DNA from: an uncultured Gammaproteobacteria bacterium
GTDB taxonomy: Bacteria; Pseudomonadota; Gammaproteobacteria; CAWCPV01
Direction of reading: 5' to 3'
DNA: 64,000 bases
NCBI GenBank assembly: GCA_963797555.1
Contig: CAWCPV010000006.1
Location: 64,001-128,000 of the forward strand
Positions within the stretch are counted from its first letter, which is position 1. Each line of letters starts with the position of its first letter. The notes beneath the pieces are model-generated. The model saw nothing but the letters and a program-made list of their open reading frames with translations. It ran no database searches and was not told the origin of the DNA. Shown here piece after piece: positions 41,526-49,848 of this stretch. Made by a program: the position numbers and the translations under genes.

Positions 41526-41962
41526 GTTTTCGTCTCCTGTTGGTGAGTCTCGGTCTTCCCATGTATATCATAGACGGCGGATTGCGGGCCGTCGCTGCGC
41601 GGACCACTTCAGGGCCCCATCCTCCTCACTGGCACCCTCATGATGCCAGAGGTACTCATCCTGACGACTGGACTTTTCCTGAGTAGCGTTCCAGCAGCGG
41701 GGGCTTACTCGGGGGTCAGGGTTGCAGGGTACTTCCATCGCGTTCTGCTTGGGGTGCACGTTCGACCCGTCGGGCCCGAGAAGCGGGACCGCTGGGAGGC
41801 GCTGATGCGCTCGCATCACTATCTGGGCCCGCGCTCATCCTCGAGTGGCTCCGGCAGGAGACAGGGCCGCCGGGCGGTGGAGTGGACGGTGTTCCTGAGC
41901 ACCCACTGCTCGCTCCGGGCTCGCACCGCCCCTGTCCTTGGTGTTAGAATCTCAGAGCCGAT

Positions 41963-42038
<76 letters not shown>

Positions 42039-42078
42039 TCCACGCGGGGCCGGGCAATGCCCGGCCCGCTTGTGCCCC

Positions 42079-42155
42079 GCCCCGGTAGCTCAGCAGGATA
42101 GAGCGTCCCCCTCCTAAGGGGAAGGTCAGCCGTTCGAGTCGGCTCCGGGGCGCCA
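42079..42155 (+). tRNA. tRNA-Arg(CCT)
   Basis: GCCCCGG/CCGGGGC acceptor, anticodon arm TCCCC-CT-CCT-AA-GGGGA, TTCGA, CCA end. Confidence 0.96.
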
Positions 42156-42581
42156 CTCTCGGGAAGTGAAGGAGGCTCGGTGCTACCGCGGTGCTACCGA
42201 ACCAAGACCGGCCGGGGCGTTACCCGTAACGCGTTACGGTGCTGTTACGATGCGCCGGCAGGCACAAAAAACCCCGCGCGGGGCGGGGTGAAGGGGGTGG
42301 GGTACTACCCTACATGCTCGGGCGAGATTGGGGCGTTAGGCGAAGCCTACGCCCGCTGTGGGTGAGCAGTGTCGAGACTTGACACGGTGATGCGGACGGT
42401 GGTTCGATCCTATTCGTGCCTACCAGCTTCAAGACGGTAACAGAGGGTTCGGGGTAACCGAACCCACACCACAACCCCGCACGCGGCGAGGTCCAGGGTG
42501 GCGGGATGTTAGGGCTACGGGGTCCGTGTTGTCTCGGCTTCTGTCAGAAACTCAGTCCAGGCGCGCATGCACTAGGCTGTC

Positions 42582-42875
42582 ATGGCTAATAATCGCAAAG
42601 CTCGAAAGCAGATCAAGACCACCGTTCGCGCCATCAGCAACGCGCTGTATGGTGCCGGTACTGTTGTTCAGCTCTGGCCTGACTGCCCCACCATGCGAAA
42701 AATTGTGAGGTCGCCGGATGGTCGGTGGACGGTGCGTAGCTCTTCTGTCCCTGTCCACTGTGACCATGGCTATGCCTCTGATTGTGAGGCAATGCAAAGC
42801 GACTGGGTACGTATCGGCGGGGACGTGAAGGTGGCACTCGCGAAATGGCGACGTGACTACGAAAAGAAGGGATAA
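42582..42875 (+). CDS. Small hypothetical protein upstream of DUF2335 gene
   Basis: C-terminal D.EAMQSDW..IGGDVK.AL helix; overlaps the next gene. Confidence 0.55.
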   Translation: MANNRKARKQIKTTVRAISNALYGAGTVVQLWPDCPTMRKIVRSPDGRWTVRSSSVPVHCDHGYASDCEAMQSDWVRIGGDVKVALAKWRRDYEKKG

Positions 42876-43281
42876 GCGCCTACCGGAGGCGAAGGATGCT
42901 TTGTCCTCGCAGGATGCTTCCTCCCATCATCAAGGGGCGCCCCAGCAAATAACAGCCAAATGGCAAGGTCCATTACCGCCTCCCGCTTTACTTGATCAAT
43001 ACGAACGCACTCTGCCCGGTGCAGCCGAGCGCATTTTGGCCATGGCTGAGAAGGAACAAGGGCACCGGCACACCTTTGAGCAGTCCGCCATCCGCATTGA
43101 TGCCCGAGAAGCCTCTGTCGGGCAGTGGTTGGCGTTCGCCATCGGAGCGCTTACGATTATATGTGGCACCTACACGGCAACTCATGGAGCCCAAGTAGCC
43201 GGTGCCTTCATCGGAACCGGCGGCGTGGTTGGATTGGTTTCTGCCTTCATCTTCGGGCGGGTGCGTCGACCGCCAGATTGA
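42853..43281 (+). CDS. DUF2335-family membrane protein
   Basis: WQGPLPPPALLDQYERTLPGAAERILAMAEKEQGHR followed by two TM helices. Confidence 0.85.
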   Translation: MTTKRRDKRLPEAKDALSSQDASSHHQGAPQQITAKWQGPLPPPALLDQYERTLPGAAERILAMAEKEQGHRHTFEQSAIRIDAREASVGQWLAFAIGALTIICGTYTATHGAQVAGAFIGTGGVVGLVSAFIFGRVRRPPD

Positions 43282-43306
43282 GCTGGCGTACCGCTAGGAG
43301 CATCTC

Positions 43307-43795
43307 GTGACCATCCGTACGACGCCGGCGAAACTTCACTGGAACTACTTCCTGGCGTTAGAGCGGGATATGGACTTAACGTCTCGCTACGTCGAATTCT
43401 GCCAATCAAACTTCTTAGCTTTTTCTATAGAGTTTGCCCATCTTCTATTTGCCGCTGCATCTGAGGTTGATGTTGTTGCGAAGCTCCTCTGCGAACTAGT
43501 GGAGCCTGCTGCGCCGAGAGGAAATATCGATGCGTACAGGTCCGTTTTGCTTCCTGCGCTGCCAAATCTTCCCGATACCGAAGTAATTGTTCTTCGCTAT
43601 GGATTGACCTTCCAGCCGTGGGAGAACTGGGCTAACGGCGAGAATCCGGATTGGTGGCGCTACTACTCCCGCAAACTAGCCGCACAGCCAAATGAAGTTC
43701 TGGCCCCGAAGGACACGACGCAACAGTTGTATCCCCAGTCAGAATTGATTCGTCTCCACGGAGACTACTACCACAGATATCTAGTGGCTTCTTGA
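43307..43795 (+). CDS. Lower-GC hypothetical protein, possibly internally deleted
   Basis: HWNYFLALERD...SRYVEF...FSIEFAHLLFAAASEVDVVAKLLC...PWENW...NPDWW; AGGAG RBS. Confidence 0.6.
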   Translation: MTIRTTPAKLHWNYFLALERDMDLTSRYVEFCQSNFLAFSIEFAHLLFAAASEVDVVAKLLCELVEPAAPRGNIDAYRSVLLPALPNLPDTEVIVLRYGLTFQPWENWANGENPDWWRYYSRKLAAQPNEVLAPKDTTQQLYPQSELIRLHGDYYHRYLVAS

Positions 43796-43940
43796 GCCCT
43801 CGGTGTGTCACGGGCAGCGCTCGCAGTCGGGGCCCGGGGCCTAACGCGGGAAGGGGCGGAGGGGTGACTGTGGGAACGAGCGTGGCGCCGGTCGGGGATG
43901 AGTAGTATCAGAAACGGCAAATCTAACCACGGATTCTTCA

Positions 43941-43965
43941 AAAAAACCCCCGGCCGAAGCCGGGG
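43941..43965 (-). terminator. Intrinsic terminator for the minus-strand satellite operon
   Basis: AAAAAA-CCCCCGGC-CGAA-GCCGGGG on plus strand, i.e. hairpin plus U-tract on minus. Confidence 0.55.
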
Positions 43966-44076
43966 AGGAAGGAGCGACAGACGAAGTTGCCGCGTCGCGC
44001 CGGGGAGTGAGGCCGGCGACCGGAGCGGTGCGTCCCGCAGCCCGCGGTTCTCAGCGCAGGCGGCGGCCGGTGGGCT

Positions 44077-44283
44077 TTACTTGCGGCGCCCTACATGCCC
44101 CAGGGCGGCAGTACGCTCCTGTCCCAGCTCCAACGCCATGGCCTCGGAGCGCGACATGCAGAACAGGACTTTCGAGTCACCTACGAGCCGTTGACCCTCG
44201 GCAGCGCTGATGACACTGCGCACAAAGGCAAACGTACCGTCGTGCCGGCGGCGCATCACAACCCAGGGATCGCGTCGACTCAT
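44077..44283 (-). CDS. Small hypothetical protein
   Basis: MSRRDPWVVM...; ATGA overlap with 44280..44546. Confidence 0.4.
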   Translation of the reverse strand: MSRRDPWVVMRRRHDGTFAFVRSVISAAEGQRLVGDSKVLFCMSRSEAMALELGQERTAALGHVGRRK

Positions 44284-44546
44284 TGCAACCCCTGCGCCGC
44301 AGGGCACAGCGTCGATCCAGCGGGTATCTCGGTCACGTCCAACGGCTGCGTAAAAAGCAGCCCGTCGCCGGTAATCATCGCAAAAACTCCAGCCGACTCC
44401 TCGGTGCAAACCGCGACGGCAGGAATCCCGGGCACAGAATCACGAAGTTTGGCCGCAACCGCAGTGGCGCATTTACGGCAAATTCCGGCATGGCGCTGGA
44501 ACGAACGCGATGCAGCTCGGACTTGGGTACGGGTCAGGGTGCTCAT
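44280..44546 (-). CDS. Small hypothetical protein downstream of capsid gene
   Basis: TAATG overlap with the capsid stop; CxxC motif. Confidence 0.5.
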   Translation of the reverse strand: MSTLTRTQVRAASRSFQRHAGICRKCATAVAAKLRDSVPGIPAVAVCTEESAGVFAMITGDGLLFTQPLDVTEIPAGSTLCPAAQGLQ

Positions 44547-45595
44547 TATGCGGTTGCCTTCACAATACCGTTCCGGCCAATTGCCTGAATCCCGGTAATG
44601 AACTCGAATCGAAACGCTTGACCGTCATACGTTAGTGGCGTGCGGACTCGGGAAACACTCGGAGTATTCGGGAAGTTCAGCGCCATCCTGGCGATGACGG
44701 GTGCAATCGCCGGGTCACCCATTAGATAGGATGCCCCGCTCGGCAACCATGGGTTGCAGATAACTTGAATACCAGGAACGCCAGCATACAAACTCGCCAC
44801 GGTGGCCGCCGCTGCGATCTCCGAATCGCCAGGGACCACCCAAAACGCAGGCTTGATATTGCCGACGTTGCCGACTCCCGTGGTGTTCGTCCGCAACTTC
44901 GCGGCCGCATTACCCAAACCCGTTATCGTGGCGACTCCACCCGAGACCGAATTGCCGGCGCCGATCAACGGTGCGCCGTCGCCCAAATTGCCGTTTGCCT
45001 GAATGACAGCGGCAATCTGCGCCGCTTCTATTCTCGCCGCATGTCCCGACAATTGCTCGGTCGCCGAAATAATAATGTCCGCGTCACCATTGATCAACAT
45101 TTGGCGAGAGACGAGAAAACGCGCACCAAAAACAGAAGGCTCCCCGGTGACTCCGGCACTGGCGAGAATCGGAGCGAATTGAATCGGTCCTCCGCTCTTC
45201 GGAATAAACGAAAGCTCGCCCAGATCCAGCTCGGGAAACGAAATCGGCCTAAGATCGCGAGCTACGATGTCCCGACAAATAGAGCCATGCTCCGCAGATT
45301 GTTTATCGTAGCTGATGGCGGGAACTCGCGACAACGCGACGGCGAGAGCCTCCCCAAAATCCGACGTGGTTAGCTGTCTCGTCGCTTCGGAGCCGGTGCG
45401 CCCGCTGCCATGGCCGCTCAAATGCGCTGCGATGTCAAGCAACGAAACTCGCTCGTCCGGGCCGTTGAGCAGCTCCGCGACCGGGTGCGCGTCGGGCACG
45501 CGCTGCCCAGCTCGGAGGAGGAGAAAATCAGGCAGAGCTTCGAGAATGTCTTGCCTGGCGAACGGAATCGGTCGGGTCAATCGTGGCTCTGGCAT
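44546..45595 (-). CDS. Phage major-capsid-like protein (probable HK97 fold)
   Basis: TTSDFG..L, FGARFLVSRQMLINGD, GNLGDG.PL....N, IKPAFWVVP, and a C-terminal RFE....AIGRNGIVK resemble lambdoid/Mu-gpT-like capsids; AAGGAGG RBS. Confidence 0.72.
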   Translation of the reverse strand: MPEPRLTRPIPFARQDILEALPDFLLLRAGQRVPDAHPVAELLNGPDERVSLLDIAAHLSGHGSGRTGSEATRQLTTSDFGEALAVALSRVPAISYDKQSAEHGSICRDIVARDLRPISFPELDLGELSFIPKSGGPIQFAPILASAGVTGEPSVFGARFLVSRQMLINGDADIIISATEQLSGHAARIEAAQIAAVIQANGNLGDGAPLIGAGNSVSGGVATITGLGNAAAKLRTNTTGVGNVGNIKPAFWVVPGDSEIAAAATVASLYAGVPGIQVICNPWLPSGASYLMGDPAIAPVIARMALNFPNTPSVSRVRTPLTYDGQAFRFEFITGIQAIGRNGIVKATA

Positions 45596-45719
45596 GGTCA
45601 CCTCCTTGATCATGGCGTTATACACATCTCCCCGTAGCTAGGGCTGCTGCCCCTCTGGACACAGCCCCCGGAAGCTGATTCAATGCCCCCATCGTTCACC
45701 AGGTGACGAGGGGGAGCAG

Positions 45720-46592
45720 ATGGAGAAGGGGTTGCCGAGGTGGTTGGGTGGGCGCGTGCTGAGCGCGGGGGAGCTTGAGAGCATACGGCGGGAGGCTCGG
45801 CTGGCGGAGCCCCGAGTGCGAGCCGAGGTGGCGCGGCGGGTGTGTCGGGTGCTGGGGTGGACCGATGCAGCCGGTAGGCCCAAGCTGATGAGCTGTCGAG
45901 TCGGGCTGCTGCGGCTGCATCGGGCAGGCTGGATCGAGCTGCCGGCGCCGCGCAACGGTAACGGCAATGGGAAGGGGCTGTCGCGCGAGCCGCAAGATTG
46001 GCCCGCTGAGGTACCGGTGGTGGGCGCAGTGCGGGATTTGCAGGGTCTGCACTTGGCGCCGGTTGCTGACCCGGCGGACTCGGCGCTGTGGAATGGGCTC
46101 ATCGACCGGTACCATTATTTGGGCTACCGGCCGCTGCCCGGTGCCCAGCTGCGCTATCTGATTCGCTGGGACGCGGGTGTGGTGGGGGCCATGGGCTTCG
46201 GGGCCGCGGCCTGGAAGGTGGGCGTGCGCGACCGCTGGATTGGCTGGGATGCGCCAAGCCGTGCGCAGCACCTGGGGCAGGTGCTGAACCATGCGCGGTT
46301 TCTCATTCTGCCGTGGGTGCGGGTGGCGAACCTGGCCTCCAAGGTCCTCGGGCGGGCCGCGCGGCAGGTGCCGGGCGAGTTCGAAGAGCGCTACGGGGTA
46401 CGCCCGGTGCTGCTGGAGACCTTTGTCGAGGCCGGCCGGTTCGCGGGCACCTGCTACCGGGCGGCCAACTGGCATCATCTGGGGCAGACCACCGGGCGGG
46501 GCAAGCTCGACCGTGAGGCGCTGCCCATCAAGGATGTCTATGTGTATCCGCTCGATGGCCGCTTTCGCCGGGCGCTCGGGGGAGCCGCATGA
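45720..46592 (+). CDS. DUF4338 (DruA-like) domain protein
   Basis: WNGLIDRYHYLGY..LPGAQLRYL, RDRWIGW, RFLILPWVRVANLASKVL, LLETFV, GTCYRAANW..LGQTTGRG. Confidence 0.88.
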   Translation: MEKGLPRWLGGRVLSAGELESIRREARLAEPRVRAEVARRVCRVLGWTDAAGRPKLMSCRVGLLRLHRAGWIELPAPRNGNGNGKGLSREPQDWPAEVPVVGAVRDLQGLHLAPVADPADSALWNGLIDRYHYLGYRPLPGAQLRYLIRWDAGVVGAMGFGAAAWKVGVRDRWIGWDAPSRAQHLGQVLNHARFLILPWVRVANLASKVLGRAARQVPGEFEERYGVRPVLLETFVEAGRFAGTCYRAANWHHLGQTTGRGKLDREALPIKDVYVYPLDGRFRRALGGAA

Positions 46593-47923
46593 ATGCCCTG
46601 GCCGAGGAGCTGGCCGCCATCGACTTGGGTGATGCGCGCCTCAACCGCCGGGCGCGACGCACCCTGGAGAAGCTGGGAGCCCATCCCATGCAGAGCATTC
46701 CCACCGCCTGTGGCGGCTGGGCCGAGACCTTGGCGGCTTATCGGCTGTTCGACCATCCCCAGGTCACCGCCCAGGCGGTGCTCGAGCCCCATTACGCCTG
46801 CACCGAGCAGCGTATGCGCGAATACTCGGTGGTGCTGTGCATCCAAGACACCACGGAAGGGGACTATAGCGGCAAGAACGACATCGTCGGGCTGGGCCCG
46901 CTCAACTACGAGACCCGCCGTGGATTGTACCTGCACCCCACCCTCGCCGTGACCCCCGAGCGGGTGCCCTTGGGGCTATTGGATCTATGGAGCTGGACCC
47001 GCGAGGCGGGCAGTCTGGGCAAGGAGCAGGGCCGCCGGCCCATCGAGGAAAAAGAGAGCCTGCGCTGGCTGGAGGGTTATCGACGCGTCTCGGAGCTCAT
47101 CGAGTCCCTGCCCGAGACCCAGTTGGTCTATGTCGCCGACCGCGAGGCCGACATCTACGAGGTGCTCGCGGAACGCGCCGCCACGCAGCCCTGCGCCGAG
47201 TGGCTCATCCGCGCCGAGCGCGCCCGGCTCGCAAGCGCGCCGGTGCTGGCCGAGGCCGAATTCGACCTGCCCGCCACCGCTAGGCGTCCGGCGCGGCGCA
47301 TCCACCAGCAACTGCGCGTCGCACGCCTCACTTTCAAGGCCCCGCATCGCTCGGACCGCACCCTGGCGGACATCGAGGTGAGCGCCGTGCTGGCCCGCGA
47401 GGTGGACCCGCCCCAGGGCGAGGAGCCCATCGAGTGGCTGCTCCTCACCAGCCTCCCCGTCGAGACCGCCGAGCAGGCCCTGGAGAAGCTCCAATGGTAC
47501 CTCTGCCGGTGGCAAATCGAGGTGTTCTTCAAGATCCTCAAAAGCGGCTGCCGCATCGAGAAGCTGCAGCTCGAGACCCTCGAACGCCTGGAGCCCGCGC
47601 TCGCCTTCTACCTCATCATCGCCTGGCGGGTGCTCTACCTCACCCTGCTCGGGCGCGACTGCCCGCAGATGCCCTGCAACGTGGTGTTCGCCGAGGAGGA
47701 ATGGCGCGCGGTGTATATCGTCACCAAGCGCCAGCCCCCGCCTGAGACACCCCCCTCGCTCGATGCGATGGTGCGTATGGTGGCGAGCTTCGGCGGCTTC
47801 CTCAATCGCAAGGGCGACGGCTTCCCGGGTCCGCAAAGCCTGTGGATCGGGCTGCAGCGAACCCGCGACTTCGTGCTCGCCATGGACGCACAACGGGCCT
47901 CACAGAGCCCGAGATGTGTATAA
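46589..47923 (+). CDS. IS4-family (Tn5-like) transposase
   Basis: LGDARLNRR, IQDTT, VADREADIYE, WLLLT, YREK motif YLCRWQIEVFFKILKSG, GGFLNRKGDGFPG. Confidence 0.93.
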   Translation: MNALAEELAAIDLGDARLNRRARRTLEKLGAHPMQSIPTACGGWAETLAAYRLFDHPQVTAQAVLEPHYACTEQRMREYSVVLCIQDTTEGDYSGKNDIVGLGPLNYETRRGLYLHPTLAVTPERVPLGLLDLWSWTREAGSLGKEQGRRPIEEKESLRWLEGYRRVSELIESLPETQLVYVADREADIYEVLAERAATQPCAEWLIRAERARLASAPVLAEAEFDLPATARRPARRIHQQLRVARLTFKAPHRSDRTLADIEVSAVLAREVDPPQGEEPIEWLLLTSLPVETAEQALEKLQWYLCRWQIEVFFKILKSGCRIEKLQLETLERLEPALAFYLIIAWRVLYLTLLGRDCPQMPCNVVFAEEEWRAVYIVTKRQPPPETPPSLDAMVRMVASFGGFLNRKGDGFPGPQSLWIGLQRTRDFVLAMDAQRASQSPRCV

Positions 47924-47937
47924 GGACATGCCTTGAT

Positions 47938-48331
47938 GCCCTATCAGACCGTGCCTGGAACCGCAATTGCTGCGGGTATTTTTCAGTATCTCGTAAGGCT
48001 GGCGACGCGATGTCGGGACATGGCAGCCCGAAGCCAGGACAGCTTGAACTGTTGCGCCAACATCGCCCGTGCGAACCTTGCGACGTAGCAAGATTGAGAT
48101 CTGCCCGGCGAGCGCCCACGTGGACCGCGAGCCGGTAGGGTCCACCAGCTCCCCAAGCCTGGCAATCGCGGAATCTCGCAACTGACGGGCGCCCGGGCCC
48201 GCCAGATCCAGGGCGTGCTCTAGGTCCTCACCGGACTGCCAACGGGTCAACGCCTCCGTGATCCAGCCGGCGAGACCCGGGTCGTGGACCCGGGCCAGCG
48301 CGACGAGCTGGTTGAGCCGAGATCGGCTCAT
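47938..48331 (-). CDS. Hypothetical satellite protein (3' end at the IS insertion site)
   Basis: ATGA-coupled to the upstream ORF; WQSGEDLEHALDLAGPG segment. Confidence 0.45.
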
Positions 48332-48531
48332 CTTGGAATGGGCGATGCCGTCGGTGGTGATGTCGGTGGTGGTTGTGGTCGCACCGAATGTGCGCCAAGG
48401 ACCGCATGAGCGTGGAGCAGCGAGGTCAACGCCTTGTCGGCCGCCTCGAAGGAGGCGATAACATCGCCCTTGTGCGCCGGCTTTAGGTGGCCTTCAATCT
48501 CGTCATACAGCGTTTGAAGTTGAATCAGCAT
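48328..48531 (-). CDS. Small hypothetical protein
   Basis: GAGGTG RBS then MLIQLQTLYDEIE; co-oriented in the operon. Confidence 0.45.
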   Translation of the reverse strand: MLIQLQTLYDEIEGHLKPAHKGDVIASFEAADKALTSLLHAHAVLGAHSVRPQPPPTSPPTASPIPR

Positions 48532-48545
48532 AATCGCGCACCTCG

Positions 48546-49079
48546 CTATTGTGGAATTTGGACGTCCCACGCCTGCGCCAACTCGATGCAGACGGCGCGT
48601 CCTTCGGCCTTCAGCTTCTCGTACACGGCGCGCTCGTCGGTCTCGGCTGCCAAAATTGGCGCGAGTCTATCGGCCAGCGCTAATATACGGTCGCGAGCGG
48701 TGCGGGCACCCATAAACGCTGTGGTCTCGACGCGGCTTCGCTCCACCAGCTCGCCGGCGCGCTCGCGAATCCGCATGTCGATCAATTCGCGCTGACTCTT
48801 GGCAAGCTGCGCTCTCTCTTGGTCAAGGCGAAGGTGAATGTCGGCCACTTGCTCCCCGAAGTCCTCACGGATCTTTTGGCGCACAGCCCAAAGGACCACG
48901 CTTCTCGGGTCGAATCGGTGCGCTTGCCCGCGCCGGCCGCGTTCCCAAATTGGAAGCGGGTCGTTCCTGCGCGTGGTAAGCGTCGTCAGCCATCGCGGCG
49001 TAATACCCCCAAGCACATAACGGGTTTGCTCGGAGCTCCACAGGTAGGAACCGGGCGTTAATTTGGCGTTGTCATCCAA
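48546..49079 (-). CDS. Terminase small subunit-like protein (lambda Nu1/DUF1441-like)
   Basis: N-terminal wHTH (G+TPRWLTTL...LP...RG..HRFD...V..W), coiled coil ERAQLAKSQRELIDMRIRERAGELVER; AAGGAG RBS. Confidence 0.72.
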   Translation of the reverse strand: MDDNAKLTPGSYLWSSEQTRYVLGGITPRWLTTLTTRRNDPLPIWERGRRGQAHRFDPRSVVLWAVRQKIREDFGEQVADIHLRLDQERAQLAKSQRELIDMRIRERAGELVERSRVETTAFMGARTARDRILALADRLAPILAAETDERAVYEKLKAEGRAVCIELAQAWDVQIPQ

Positions 49080-49164
49080 CGTACGAACTCCTTAGGGAAG
49101 TGTTAGCCTACGGATTTATCGCCGGCTTGCTCGCTCGCAGCGAAGGGACGCCAGGAGAACCTAG

Positions 49165-49848
49165 TCATCGCAGCCCGCCCTCCGCCAGCGCCGCCAACAC
49201 ATCGCCGTGACACGGGAGCGGAGAACACCAGCAGCCCAAGCGTTTTCCTCGAAGCTCTGGCAGCCGGGCCATCAGCTCCGGTTGGGTCAGTATCCAAGCC
49301 CGGTACTTCGCGATGACCTCCGCGCGATCCCCGTCGCGGCCGATGCGATAGGGGTTCGCCCATGGGGATGCGGGCAATCCAAGGCGCGGGACGGCGCGGC
49401 CAATGTACACGTTGTATGGCTCACGCTGGCAGTGCACCACACTTGTCGTGCTCACGCGGTCCGCCCAGGGCTCCACCGTCGCGTCCGGATACACCTTGGC
49501 GATGATGGCGCGGGCCTCAGCCGGAATGGCGGCCGGCACGAAGTCGAAGGTGCGGGTGGTGCCGTCCGGGAGGGAGGCGAGAAAGCGCCAGGCTTTTGGC
49601 ACTTCTGGCACTGCCTGGTGTGGCACATCCGTGAATTTCATACCCCCTTCGACGGCCTCTTCCACCCGGTCATCGACACCATGAATTTTTGCGGATGTGC
49701 CAGGGGGGGTAGTGCCAAAAGTGCCAGAAGGGTCACTTTTCAGGCTTTCGGCACTTCTGGCACTGGGGGGTGTGCCACATTTCAGAATTTTCAGTCTGGC
49801 GATAGCGTCCATGGTCGTGGTCAGATCAGGCTCGGGTGGATGGTCCAT
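49165..49848 (-). CDS. Hypothetical protein with C-terminal DUF4326 domain
   Basis: VVHC....VYIGR...SPWANPY......VIAKYRAWI...LRGKRLGCWCSPLPCHGDVL. Confidence 0.8.
   Translation of the reverse strand: MDHPPEPDLTTTMDAIARLKILKCGTPPSARSAESLKSDPSGTFGTTPPGTSAKIHGVDDRVEEAVEGGMKFTDVPHQAVPEVPKAWRFLASLPDGTTRTFDFVPAAIPAEARAIIAKVYPDATVEPWADRVSTTSVVHCQREPYNVYIGRAVPRLGLPASPWANPYRIGRDGDRAEVIAKYRAWILTQPELMARLPELRGKRLGCWCSPLPCHGDVLAALAEGGLR

Larger units (their letters stand above)
45611..47930 (+). mobile_element. IS4-family (IS50/Tn5-like) element carrying a DUF4338 passenger gene
   Basis: 19-bp inverted ends CATGGCGTTATACACATCT and AGATGTGTATAAGGACATG; 7-bp direct repeat CCTTGAT on both flanks. Confidence 0.92.

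Noticed and set aside
45720-46592. Druantia defence system
   Set aside because: Only the DUF4338 domain is present, inside an IS; no DruE helicase or other dru genes.
45611-47930. AGATGTGTATAAG as Nextera/Tn5 adapter contamination
   Set aside because: The two copies are inverted, differ from the mosaic end in their outer bases, enclose a Tn5-like transposase and are flanked by a 7-bp duplication, so they are real IS ends.
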